NCBI GenBank assembly: GCA_028534125.1
Contig: CM052816.1
Span: forward strand, 85,872,001-85,936,000
DNA: 64,000 nt
Reading direction: 5' to 3'
Source of the DNA: Lama glama
Lineage: Eukaryota
Under the pieces are notes generated by a model. That model ran no database searches. It saw only the letters and a program-made list of their open reading frames with translations, and was not told the origin of the DNA. This document shows, one piece after another, positions 1 to 13,020 of the stretch (positions are counted from its first letter, which is position 1; every line of letters begins with the position of its first letter). The position numbers and the translations under genes were made by a program.

Positions 1-1335
1 GAAATACTATATAACTCAAATCCATGAATTTGGGCAATAATTTCTTGTTCTTGAATAAACACTAGTGATTGAAAATGTGTCATATTTTTCAGTTGTATTT
101 GAAAATTGAAGTATTGGGTGGCTCTCAGTATTGACAGAAACAATCTTCCATAGTAAAATAAGATTTAAAGATTAAACCATACAACATCCCAGCATATTTT
201 TGTTACAGGAATGTACTTAATTCTCAGTCCTTGATAGTGCAAAAAATTATACCAGTTTTATAAACTGTATTAATTTAAGTGTTCATTTATAAAATATTAA
301 ATTATATTGTAAAAAGTTTATTGAAATTATAGTCCTGTAAAAATAACTTTTTTTAATTAATGGTGAATGATTTTCAATGAATTATTGCCATCACTGAATA
401 TTACACTAAAGTTTATTGTTTATTAATTTGTAAATATGTCATATTATTGTATATAGCCATTATGTCAGGCCTGATCCTACAACTTTGCACACATTTCTGA
501 AGTAGTATCATCTTAGTAAGTTCATTTATGTTGAGTACAAAGCATGATGTTGAAGTAAATGTAAATAAACAATACTTATGTTTGGTTGGAAAATCAACTT
601 TAGCCACTCAGTATGTAGAAACACAAGGAAATTATAATATAGAGAAATGTAAAAAATATATCCTGGAATCTCAAAAAACCCAAACTTAGGGCAGTATCAT
701 AAAAAATATGTTTATTAAATAGCTTAAATAATCTATTTTCTCTTCTGAAAGTACATTAAAGACTTCCAGTTCATAAATCAAAGCAAATACTTTGAAATTT
801 GCTTCTTCTCAATGTTTTTAAGTCTTCCAGTCCCTTTGCCCATAATTCTCAATTCCTCCTCACATACAAAATCACTTTAAATTCTCTTTTTCTCCCTGGC
901 CTCATATCCTTATCTTTATGTTTCATAGATAAAACCGATATTTTTTTCCAGGGCAATCTTCTATTATTTCACTGCTGAAGACCCACCTTGATAAGTAACT
1001 TTGAGTTTGGGAAAATGTGAGACAGAAAAAGAAACATGTTTGAAAATACCTTTTTTTTTTTCCTAACAAAAGAAACCAGAGGACTATCTGTACTAAGACA
1101 TTCTTTATCAGGCCTCTTAGACTCACAAACACACAAACACATATATCCTTACCTACATACAAGGCTGTAGTTTTTAATATGATATTGTTTATTATGGTAC
1201 CAGATGTAACCAAGTTTAAATAATATGAGTGTCTGTGAAGAGACGATTAAGTGGTCTATTAAAATATGTTTATTATATTAAAATAATTTATTTACAATAA
1301 GTACAGGCCCAGTCAGGGAAAAAGAAAGCTAGTTC

Positions 1336-1368
1336 CCTCTCTCTCTCTGTCTCACTCTCTCTGTCTCT
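1336..1368. repeat. (CT)n-like microsatellite
   Basis: ctctctctctctgtctcactctctctgtctct read directly. Confidence 0.8.
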
Positions 1369-1992
1369 ATTTTTCTATGTACAATTTTTATATATTTATG
1401 AGATTTACCGAAGTTTTACATGAGATTAGAAATTGAGCTCATATACTTTTTAATGTCCTACTTATTACAATTGAATGTGTTATTTTTACTTTTAAACTTA
1501 AACATTTGGTAAAGAGAAAAGCATGTAAGCAGTTTATTAGATAAGTGTGTGTGTTGGAAAGAAAAGGAATTGTGAAAGTCAGTGGAGATCTGTCTGAATC
1601 CCGTGGCCCAACCCAGTGGACTCATGTATGAGTCTTGGGATAAATGGGTGGACCTGTCTCTGCTGGCATTAGGAAACGAGAACAGCTCTGGCCCAGGTAA
1701 CATATTATAACCCAAGCTTGGAGAGAAAGTCACTCCTCACATATTTGCAAGGTGCTGGGCATGATGATATCAGCAATGCCTTAATATGTTAGCAAATGGC
1801 AATAACAGCAGGGTTGGACATTTTTGAAGTTAGGACCCTGAACTAACTTCAGAATTACCTAGTTTGGCAGTTGTGCAAGTGATTCAAGTTGTTTGAGGAC
1901 AGACAACTAAGAAAGAGGATGTCACAAGAGTAAATAAGACTTTGTTAAGAACACACGTAGGCCCTTCTAAAGATACTCCAAAACAATTTAGG

Positions 1993-2024
1993 GTGTGTGT
2001 GTGTGTGTGTCTTTGGTGTGTGTG
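1993..2024. repeat. (TG)n microsatellite, interrupted
   Basis: gtgtgtgtgtgtgtgtgt-ctttg-gtgtgtgtgt. Confidence 0.9.
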
Positions 2025-2854
2025 TTGGTGTTTTTTAGTGGAAATTAAGATTTTGCAATACTAAGGACAAGTGTCAGAGAAGGTAAGAACTATGAAGTGG
2101 GTTAATACAAACAATTTTAAACTGTGCTAGTGGGCCTATGGAAACCTTGTTCACAAATATAAAAGTAATCTGATTGAATTTGTACTTGAAAAATAAATGT
2201 TGCTTTTATTTAAAAAAAGATAATGTACAGTAGAGAAGAGAAATGATTGAAAATGATTACAAAATTCTGTCTGAAAATTTCAGACACTTCAATTTAAAAA
2301 CATAGGAAACATCAATGAAAACGCCCATTAGTTAATAGAAATTCTTATTAGTATCAACCTTGGTAAATTTTATTTGACTTTGAGTCTACCATTTGCCTTG
2401 CAGTAAGTAAGGTGCTCAGAATTCAGTGGAATACAGAAAGAATAGGTTGCTCGACAAATTGGGAAATGAGGACATTGGCTGAGACTAATGGCAGAATCTA
2501 GTCTAATGTAGGAAATTAGGAAGGACTACCTAAAGGACTGAATATAGTAAAAATTTAAATATAATAGTATAATATTAAATACATTTATATTTACACCTAT
2601 TTAATATATCCTATATATTATCAGTTGTAATTTCAGCAAGCATCTCTTCTAGCCACTGGGTAAAATACATATGAAAAGTTGTCCTCAGTGTGAAGTTCTT
2701 ATGGAGGAAAAAAATAAAAAGAATATACAGACACCAGGTCAAATGATAGGAGAATAATTATTCTTTTAATGAGCAACGTATGTTAAGATAAAGAAGCAAT
2801 GTGAAACATGTTTCCAGTATTTGTGGTCACATACATTTCAGATAAAATGTTATG

Positions 2855-3015
2855 AATTTTAATTACCTCCTGTGTGGTTTCGGGCAAATTGCCATGCTGA
2901 AATTGGTTTTCTCATTCAGAATAATATCTGTTTGGTTCATTTGATTTAACAATTAGATATATATTAAGGAAAATTCATATTACCTATTAATTGCTTAATG
3001 TATATTAGCATTATT
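2855..3015 (+). mobile_element. MIR SINE fragment, highly decayed
   Basis: tgtgtggtttcgggcaaattgcc...ggttttctcattcagaataat resembles the MIR core (tgtgaccttgggcaagttac...cagtttcctcatctgtaaaat). Confidence 0.5.
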
Positions 3016-3757
3016 ATTTTATTAATTTATTATTTTTTTATTTTAAGCTATTATTATTTTATTAATTTTAAGAATAACGTTATTTCCCAGTGCAGCTTAA
3101 TCCAAGATTATGGTATAATTACTTCCTATGCCTAACCATAAAAAAAGAAAATGATGCAGACACATTATCACTTTATTCCGTTGTATTTCTTCACATTTTT
3201 AATAAAACTGTATGAAATATTTATTTCATAGTTCTATTATTTAAGTACATCTTACCTACTTGATTCATAAATATGTGTTTAAACTACAGATTGTAACCAC
3301 TTGTAAATCATTTTGGTCTTCAGGGCGCATATGTCTTAAGAAGTTACCAAAAATATATAAGGCTATTCGAGCATCCCAAGTGAAATCATACATAGTTAGT
3401 GATATGTTATTGAATATGACCAAGGTTCTAAATAGGTATAGCATGCCAAATGCATTTAAATTATATCATTGCTGTTATATAGAACACAATAAATAGATAA
3501 GAGAAAGAGTTTAAATTGATTCATATAGTTAGTAGCATTCGTATATCATAACATTTATTTTTCCTTCTTATTGATCTGAATTAGGAGATTTCTCATTGCC
3601 TTAAACTGGTAATTTATACTGATTTTGATTTTGTGTGTGAAAACATTGTCAAGACTCCTAACTAACAACTACCAGGAAATTTTTTAAATCTTATTTGCTT
3701 TCAAAATCATATCTGTAAACAGTGAGTTCCCTTCAAGGCATAAATTCTAAATTTACC

Positions 3758-4207
3758 CTTATCTATTGCTACATCAGTAACTCCTCTATAACTTGGCTCT
3801 AAACAGATATTTTATTTTACTCATGGTTTTCTGGGTCATTATTTTCACTCAACGGGATATCTTATCTCTGTTCTACACGTTGTCAGCAGGACAGCTCTAC
3901 TGAGGCCCGTGGATTTACTTTCAGGTTTACTACTCTACATGGCAGGTAACTGTGCTGGATTAACTATCCCAGTAGGTAAAGGGCAAGGTTCCTTTCCATG
4001 TGGGTCTGTGATATGCTACCTGTGCTTTCCAAAAGCCTGGTGGCTAGGTTCCGAGAGATAACTGAGTCTGCCAGCTAGCAGACTCACTTTTGCCATATTC
4101 TCTTACTCAAAACTGTCTAGATCTTGCTTAAATTCAAGAGGAAGTGACAGAGACCTCACTTCTAGAGGAACAGTGTCAAAATATGTGACTGTTTTTAATC
4201 CACCGCA
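3758..4207 (-). mobile_element. MaLR LTR (old MLT1 subfamily, MLT1G/H-like)
   Basis: Begins tatctattgctacatcagtaac...aacttggctctaaacag...ttttactcatggttttctgggtca. Ends attcaagaggaagtgacagagacctcacttct...gtttttaatccaccgca. Both match the reverse complement of the MLT1 LTR layout. Confidence 0.7.
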
Positions 4208-4574
4208 AGCACTGAATACCCTCTGTATGAAAGTCTGTGATGATTTGTCATTATTTGAAATAATTGTGCTTGATAAATATAGATTCTGAAAATAAAGTAC
4301 TTAGAGGAAAGGAAAGTACATTTATTTTACTGACAATAGAATGATAAACTGAACTTGAGCCTAAGAGTTGTAATAAGTGTTAGGATTCAAATACTCAAGT
4401 TATTTATCTATCTTGTTAATGTGACATTCCTGTGTGTTTTGAGATTCAGGGTCAGAAATTATTCCCCACAGAAACAACAATTGGAATTCCTTTGAAAGGT
4501 CTGGACTTTGACTCAACTGATAACAACATTACAGAGAGTAGTGATATTATAAGTCAGAATATAGGCAGAGGATA

Positions 4575-5057
4575 TGTCTAAGTTTGGATTCCTCCAAAAG
4601 TAAAACTTGAGACAAAGATACGTGGGATATTTGTTTACTTGGAAGGTTAAAGAACTAATGCTTTGGGAGTAGGAATAGGAAGAGAAGAGACAGGAAAATA
4701 ATGGCTAATAAAGGTGTTTTATGGATACAGCTACCATTGTGAGTAATTGGAGTTTAAACTTGTTGAGAATATGCCGGAAGTTACTTTAGAATGTGTATCT
4801 CAGAGTTACTCCCTGTCTCAAGGGACAGACACAGGGGTATTTATACAACTACTATCATCAGTCATTGGTTGAAGGCCGCTCCCTGGAGAAAGTATTTTCC
4901 TGATACTTTCAGTCTAACTTTGAGTGGTGTAGCAGGCTACTGAAACTAGAGGAATCTTCAGGCAAAGAGCCCAGACGGTTGCAGTATTAAGTTAGTACAG
5001 CATACACTGAAGTACACAAATGATTAAACATGGTTGGGGATTGTCGTCACCTACTAT
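4575..5057 (-). mobile_element. ERVL-class solo LTR (LTR16/LTR33-like)
   Basis: tgtctaagtttggattcctccaaaagtaaaacttgagacaaaga...tgtttacttggaagg matches the reverse-complemented 3' end of LTR16/33-type LTRs. Confidence 0.65.
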
Positions 5058-6059
5058 GAAGAAATGTATAGAGAGAAAGGTGTACTTATGTTGCAAACAT
5101 ATATCATTAACTTAGAGTTATTTTATGTTATAGATATATACAACTGTGAGAATAAAGAATTAAAATGTGTTTAGATTTAAGTTATATATGAGAACTGTTA
5201 AAGACTCATATATCTTTAAGTAAAAAATATCTTTAGTACTAAGTATATTTATAACTTAATCTTACATTTTATGATAAAATTTTTGGATTGCATATGTTTT
5301 GAGTAGATGAAAGTTAAAAATAATTTAAAATTTTACAGAAATATGCAGAAGTTTTAAAAATACTTAAAAGATTTTTGTTGAAATATATTAGTGTAAAGTA
5401 ATGAAAGCTGTTTGATCAATATCATGGATATATTTAATATAATTAGCTACTATACTGAATACACATATATAATAAAATATTAAGAATATAATAATGGAAA
5501 TATTTAACATGATTTTCTAGAATGTTCCTAATAATAATCAGATATTTTATGGGTTCACATCACACTACATTTATATTATTTGGATTTGCCTTCAGAGTTT
5601 TCAACCCAAAACAAAGAAGATTTTCAATTCAGTTTGAAATATTTTATTATTTTACTATCTTATTTCATTTTAAATTTATTTGAAATAAATATATAGGTCA
5701 GCAAATTGTTCCAAGCCATTTAAAAATAATATTTATGTTTAATCTAATATTTTTGATTTGATCAGTTTATTTTAAAGGATAGAATAAAAATACCAAATAT
5801 TTTAATTAACACTCTCATTTACTTTCAGATTTCCCATTGTTAAATCAAAGGGTATATTGTTACGTGAAGTCCTTTCAGCCTTCATTAAAATTCTGTGGAA
5901 GCATTCTGTATTAGGACTAAAATCAGTAGTCATAGTTTGTATGCTTAGTAATCACTGCACTGAGTTTATTCTTCAATACCCCTCGGGTATTCAGCTTTTG
6001 AAAACTCACTTGCAGTCGAGATGACTCTTTTCCAAAATATCTTTTCATTCCCAATAGCA

Positions 6060-6200
6060 CAACATAACAGGTACTATTTCAACTTTCATGGTGCATCACT
6101 TAATTTGTAATCATCGAAGATCTTAAGCTTTCTCCATTCAAAATGTCTTAAACTGCCAGGGGATATATTCATTCAATTAATGTTTGCTGAGTGAATTAAT
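6060..6200 (+). mobile_element. L2 3' end fragment
   Basis: Ends cattcaattaatgtttgctgagtgaattaat, resembling the L2 tail (ctcaataaatgtttgttgaatgaatgaat). Confidence 0.5.
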
Positions 6201-7549
6201 TTAATCTATATATTTGCTAACTCATCTTTTACTAAGAAATTCTTGAACCAAAATTTCATGTTATGATCTTGGTGTTTTGTTTTTTTTTTTAATTTGCTTA
6301 CATCTAATGATAGTTCAGGGGATACTATTTCTGAAGATATCTTGTCAACCTCTTAGACTCTAATGTATACCATGCAACTGTTTATGTTTCAAACTGATTT
6401 TTTACTAAGGCATTAAATGTAAAATGCCAGAAAGAGTTATTCTAAAAATATTGTACTTAAATGATCAGTCTTTTCAACTTTATAGGAAAGGTAGTGTTTG
6501 TAGTGAACACTTAAGTTTGCGATCTGGATTTTTCATTTAAATGTGAAATTGCTCGATTTATTTAAAATATTTGTGCCCCAGTTTCCTAAATTAACCTGTT
6601 ATAAATAACACACATGAATCTGTGTGTATATATATTTATAATCAGTCACACTAAATGATATAGTTATTAACCTAGAAGTTAAGTCACTTCAGCAGTTGGC
6701 AAAAATAAGTAGTTAATTCAGAATCATGATAAGTGGAAAATCATGCATATAGGATAAAACAGTCTGATGTAAATCAACAGCCAATGTAAAGATATTCTGC
6801 TGCTTAGATCTGAAAATGGACAAAGCAAAGATGAAGTTACATTTGATCTCAAATGAGTTCATGTTGCTATGCTGTCAAGAGATGCATATAGAGATTAAAT
6901 ATAAATATCATCTTTTCCTTGTACCATTTTTTGGTACCTCTGATGTATTGCTTCACATTATTACTCATTTCTGGTTTCATCACTATGATCAAACTTAAAG
7001 AAGAGGCTTTTCCTTCCTCCTACTTCTTTATATAATATTTATGACTGCATTAACCACAATGCCTTCTGATTTGTGCTTCAGAATATTTGGTTTACTTATT
7101 AAAGATCCTTTAATAGATACGACAAAAGAAGAACCTTGAGAAAAAAAGAAGACAATAACAGTGCCTACAAAGGTAGGCCATGTGTGGTTCATATACCCTA
7201 TGGAATCTAGAAACCAAAGGTGCATATTACAAAGAGATCGAAATGTTAGTAGTACAAATTATGAGTACATTTTGGACCCTTTATATGCATCATGATAATC
7301 TTGGAAAAGAGTGCAATCATCCCTAGTGGGTACCTGAGTGTCTGAATTATCAAAGTAATTCTTCATTACCACGGAGTAGGGAGACTGCTGCAGGTGGATA
7401 TAGGGAGGCCAGTGTGGCATGGGATGGGCATAAAATTTACATGGTCAAGCCCCATTTTTCCAGGCTGAGAAAAAGAAATGAAATGTAGTATACAAAAGAA
7501 CCTATGAAGAGTGAAGTTCTATATATTAAAAATACATTTTTATATTTAA

Positions 7550-8819
7550 GAAACTGAAAATTTACCCAAAGAGTTGTGTTTACATATTCTAACAATGAAT
7601 TATCTGAAAAATAAATTAAGAAAATAATCCCACTTACAATAGGTAGCATTAAAAAAGAAAGAAAAAGAAAATGACAGTAAATTTAACCAAGAGGGTGAAA
7701 AATCTGTACATTGAAAACTGTAAGTTCTAATGGAGAAATTGAAGAAGATACAAATAAATGGAAAGATATGCTACGTTCCTGGATTGGAAGAATGAATATT
7801 ATTAAAATGTACATGCTTCCTAAAGTGATCTACAGATTCAATGAAGATCCTTATCAAAATCCAAATGGCATTTTTTCACTGAAATAGAAAAGGCAATCCC
7901 GTAATTCATATGGAACCACAACCAACCTTGAAGAGCCAAATCAGTCTTGAGAAAGAACAATATTGGAGGCACCACACTTCCTGATCTCAAACTGTATTAT
8001 AAAGCTGTAGTAGACAAAGCAACATGCTACTGGCATTAAAATAGACATAGACCAATGGGAATGCAACAAAGTGTCTCAGAAATGAGCCCATGCATATATG
8101 GTCAACTAATCTTTGACAAGGCGCCAGCAATACACAATGAGGAAAAAATAATCTCTTTAGTAAATGGTGCCGGGAAAATTGGATAGCCAAAAACAAAATA
8201 ATGAAATTGGACCCTTGTTTTAATTCAAAATGGATTAAAAACTTAAATGTAAGACCCGAAACTGTAAAATCCCCAGAAGAAAGCGTAAGGAGCTCCTTGA
8301 CATTGGCTTGGCAATGATTTTTTGATAAGTTACCAAAAGCACAGGTAACAAAAGCAAATATATATTGAAAATGTTGGACTACATCAAACTGAAAAGTTTC
8401 TACACAGTACAGGAAACAATCAACAGAGAGAAAAGGGTGACCTGTAGAATGGGAGAAAATATTTGAAGATCATCTATCTGACAGAAGGTTAGTATCCAAA
8501 ATATATAAAGTATGACTCCAACTCAATAGTACAAAAAATAATACAGATAAAAATGGGCAAAACATTGAATGGACATTTCTCTAAAGAAGACTTACAAATG
8601 GCCAACAGGTATATGAAAATGTGCTCAAACATCACTAGTCATCAGAATAATGCAAATGAAAACCACAATGAGACATTACCTTCTACCTGCTAAGAGGGCT
8701 GTTACGAAAAAGACAAGAGCTAACAAATGTTGACATGCATGTGGAGAAGAGAGAATCCCTGTACATTTTTGTTGAGAATGTAAATTGGTTCTGCCACTGT
8801 GGAAAACAGTATAGAGGTT
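7550..8819 (+). mobile_element. LINE-1 ORF2 3' part, decayed (L1M-type)
   Basis: Recognisable L1 ORF2 tracts: gaagaagatacaaataaatggaaagat, ggattggaagaatgaatattattaaaatg, gaaagaacaatattggaggcaccacacttcctgatctcaaactgtattataaagct, ggacatttctctaaagaagacttacaaatggccaacagg. Contains frameshifts and stops. Confidence 0.95.
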
Positions 8820-9247
8820 ATTTATACAAAATAGGGAAAATATATATAATCAGGCACTGGTTATATAAACAGTGAAACCTCTCCATGATGGTATACCATG
8901 AACTCAACAAAAGCAATATTTTTATAAAGTATTTAATACCATAAGTTACATGATGATTCAATTATAAACAAGCAAGAAAAATATCTTATGAGAAGATACA
9001 AAAGACTATGAAGCAAAGTAATGTGGCTTATTTATTTTCAGGTGATTTTAATTTATCGTGTTTGCTTATCTGTATGTTCAATATAAATATTGATTTGTTT
9101 AATAAACAAAGGAAATTATTGTGTAATATTTAAGCAATGATTTTTTATCACTTCAAAGTTATCAGTATCAAAATAACTAAAATATTACATGTCAAAAATT
9201 TGTATGATATTTAACATTCTAAAAAAAATTTAAATTATTCGAGCATT

Positions 9248-9583
9248 TGCTATGGAAAGAATTGCTTCCCTCCCAAATTCTTATGTTGAAGCCCTAATAC
9301 CTAATGTGATGGTATTTGGAAGTGGGATATTTGGGAAATAACTATGCTTAGATGGGATGTGAGGGTAGGGACACCATGATAGAAACAGAGTCCTTATAAG
9401 AGGTGCAAGAGACCAGATCCCTCTCCATCAGCTAAGGACACAGAAGACAGCCACATATCTGTGATCCAGAAAGAGGCCTCTCATCGGAAACCAGGACCTT
9501 GAACTTGGACTTTTCAGCCTCAAAAAGTGAGAAATGAACTACCTGGTCTATGGTGTTTTGTTACAGCAGCCTAAAATAAGACA
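9248..9583 (+). mobile_element. MaLR solo LTR (MLT1A/B-like) with 5-bp TSD
   Basis: Starts tgctatgg...cccaaattcttatgttgaagccctaatacctaatgtgatggtatttgga and ends ttttgttacagcagcctaaaataagaca. Perfect TSD gcatt at 9243-9247 and 9584-9588. Confidence 0.92.
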
Positions 9584-10639
9584 GCATTCCTATAGGAAAT
9601 TTGAAAGTGAAAATATGTTAGAAAAGAGCCCCTATGCCAACAATGCCCTTTCAAATGTTCTGCAAGATTTTGTTTTGTTTCTTTTCCTTTATAGGACTGA
9701 TTTTCAAAGCATTCAAGTTATAAGGCACACTCTCTTTCCTTTGCCAAGAAAGAAATCAGTACCAATGGAGTGCATAGGCCAGTGGATTGAAATACTTTTC
9801 TTCTGTGACTTTAGATCATGAAAAGATATTACATAAAATAACTGATGTAGTACAGTGTAAAACCATTCACAAATTTCACCTGTTCTAACACCTAGAGCAG
9901 TTATTTTGCAAAATCATTCTGAGGTATGAGTTCCTTCATATTTATGAAAAGAAACCACATTATATTTCTTTTGAAAGTAGACCTAGTTGAGTAAAAACAA
10001 AAGTTCATAAGAAATATGGATATCTTTTTCTATTTGGGGTAAGTAGTAATATACTTTAATCATACCCAAGCAAGAGAGAGTCATTTGAAGGCTATGGTTT
10101 TATGGCAACTATTTGTCAATGAGAGCATACTAGATTAAAGATAAATGCACTGTATATATGACTCTTGAAAAGGCTAATGGTACATTGTGTTTTCTGCTAT
10201 GACTTGTATGATATTCAACTAACTTATTACAAGATAGCTAAAATTATTTTTTTGAAAATATTATAGTTACTCAAAAAGTTCTCTAGACTTCTTTCTGACA
10301 TCTGCTCAAGGCACATTAGAATTAGATTAGAGAATACAGTTGGACATATTGGTATTTGAAATGTATCATAAGAAAATTCTATAGAGACTTCAAGAATAAT
10401 TTAGGACATCAAAGAGTTACATAAAATCTATTGAAATAAATTCCATATTTAAAAATAAACTAAAATTCACATTCTTTATTTCACTATCTAATAGAATAGA
10501 TCCTTATGTTTCTATTACAGAAGATACGAAATATCCATTTTCATTGTAATGTGAAAAAAAAATCTGATACTATTTATAGTTAATAAGATGCCCTATTAGG
10601 AAATTCAGGAGAATCAAATAGATCGAGAAAGTTCAGTTA

Positions 10640-10995
10640 AAAATTTCCTGCATATATCCCAGAGACTTATTACCAGTTTAAAAAATAACATGGCAAAACA
10701 TTCACATTATTAAGAATAAGTACAGTGAAACTACCAAGTACCTTAAAATAATGCTATAAGAATGCCCAAGACATTAAGCTGCATACATCAAAGTAAGAGA
10801 ACACATGAGAAAATTTGAGTAAGTGAGATTGAGCTCATGTCTCTTGGTTCAAAAGGCAATAAATAGTAAATATGAATATAAATATTTATCTTTATATTCA
10901 ATGTAGGCCAACGAAAGTAGCAACGAGATTATTCAGAAAACTTAGCAGGCCCATTTAAAAATTCTTATGGAAAAGTAAATGTGCAAAATAATAAC
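10640..10995 (+). mobile_element. Old L1 (L1ME-like) ORF2 fragment
   Basis: tttatattcaatgtaggccaacgaaagtagcaacgagattattcagaaaacttagcagg...aaaattcttatggaaaagtaaa resembles decayed L1 ORF2. Confidence 0.6.
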
Positions 10996-12534
10996 CCCAA
11001 CAAAATTGGTTAATGGATTTTATTCTTGTCTAAGAAGAAAGACTGGATATTTTAATTTATGGTGCAAACTATGTATTTCATCATCCTATGCATGAATCAT
11101 TTATCTGGAAAAAAATAATGTCTGGGAAGATATTAAATATATCCTACTTATTTTTCATACAACTTTATATTTTTATTAACTATGTATTATACATAAATGA
11201 AACTGACATTAGTGGTAATACATTATACAAATATATAAAATGTATAATTATTACATATATAACTGATTATATAAGACACGTGTATTAAAAACATAAATAC
11301 ACATAGACAGCAAATACATATATACAATTATATTTTGGAATTACTTACTAAAATATTTACATGGAAATTAAGCTTATATGTATGTCTGAGCCTAAATCAT
11401 ATTCATATGAGATTCATTTATGATTTAGTATATCAACCTTTACATTATAAAAAGTGTTGAATTGGACTGTCATTTTAATTACTTGAAATTGGCTTCAGAA
11501 AACTTTATGTTGAATCTTACAAATATGCAAATACTTTGTAGATTTTATTTCATACAACTTAATCTAATATTCATTTATGAACATGTTATCTGTATTTTAA
11601 TTTTCTAGCTTATAAAATACAGTGGCAATCTCGACTTTTTAACAGCTTAATGCAAGCTGACTTATATTTTGTTTTCAAATATCTTGTGGACTAAAAATCT
11701 TGTGGATATTAATAGAAATGAGGCTTCCTTGTGCACCATGGTCTTACTCAAATTCTTGACTTTATCTCCATCTATTTAATGCTCACATAAGGCAAATTAC
11801 TTTGAAATGCTAGTGTATATCAAATGTCTTTTCAAGATCAGAGAATAGCAGTCTTTCTCTTTTTGAATGTAAAAATAGGTCAGCACCTATTTTACAAAAC
11901 AATCACCCAATTAATGTTAATGGTAATATTCCCAGTGAATGTGAACTAGGAATTAGTATTGAACTAATTCTACAAAGAGTTAGAACAAAGTCACAAGGGG
12001 ATTGCACTATGAGATCCTGTGTCTGGCCTCTAATCACTGCTTTCATTTGGGGTATTTCACGATTGACCACTGCTGTTATCAGGTTTCCTTTAGATACACT
12101 TAGAGGCTTAATATTGTGTGAAAAGCAAGGTTCCAACTATCCTGCAGAAAGGGGGACAAATCTATAATGTTCAAACATGAATAATAATTCATCTGGGGAA
12201 TACTAGACCTCAAAACTTTTTGAACTTTCAATGAAGAAAGTTTCTGAAGGAAGTAACAGAGCCTAGAACAGTCTGTTATGGGTAGCATGTTTATGGCTAA
12301 TAAATAGTGTCATTGAAAACAAAGTAAACCAAACTTCAGGAAAAAGTTAGCACAACAGTAAAATTTAGTTTCTGATAGTTGTTATAACTTTAAGTATAAA
12401 TTGTCCTTAAAACTGCTTTTACTTGCCTAAGAATTATATAATATCCAATCAACACATTCAGTGGACTTTCTTTCAGGGCGCCTTTAAAAATCAGTAAAAT
12501 TAAGCAGTTAGACTGGGTGTTCTCTGTTGGAACC

Positions 12535-12759
12535 TAGTATTTTGTAAAATAGAGGATACCTACTTAAATTTGAAATTTAGATCAATAAAAGTTTTCTTAG
12601 TATAATTTATTAGTTCAGCAATTAAAAATGTATCACTGCTATTATAACCAACCACTAATATTTGGGATATATTTATACTAAAAAAAAAAAAACCTTGTTT
12701 ATCAGAAATTTAAATTTAATTGGATGTTCTATCTTTATTTTCAAAATGTGGCAACCGTA
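12535..12759. mobile_element. MER53 palindromic hAT-type MITE
   Basis: Left arm aaaatagaggatacctacttaaatttgaaatttagatcaataa...ttagtataa is an imperfect inverted repeat of right arm ttatactaaaa...ttgtttatcagaaatttaaatttaattggatgttctatcttt. Ends tggcaaccgta (MER53 end tggcaacccta). Confidence 0.85.
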
Positions 12760-12794
12760 CTACTACTGCGGCTACTACTTCCACTACTCCTTCT

Positions 12795-13020
12795 GGCTAA
12801 CATTTATTGCTGGCTTAACATGTATCATGTAGTCTTTTATGTGTTTTATGTACATTGTCTTACAATCCTCATAAACATCAAACTATGTGAATGCTATTAT
12901 TATGCCTATTTTATTAAAGAGAAAACTAAAGCAAAGAAAGGTTAAATAAATTGAGAAAGGCCACACACCAAGTGGTTTGGCTAGTTTGAAAACCAGTCAT
13001 TTTAAATATAGAACCAACAT
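12795..13020 (-). mobile_element. MIR SINE
   Basis: gctaacatttattg...aatcctcataaac...tattattatgcctattttattaaagagaaaactaaagcaaagaaaggttaaataaattg...aaggccacac, the reverse complement of MIR. Confidence 0.85.

Noticed and set aside
7550..8819. Potentially active or intact L1
   Set aside because: It is an internal ORF2 fragment only, with frameshifts and stops, and has no 5' UTR, ORF1 or matching tail and TSD.
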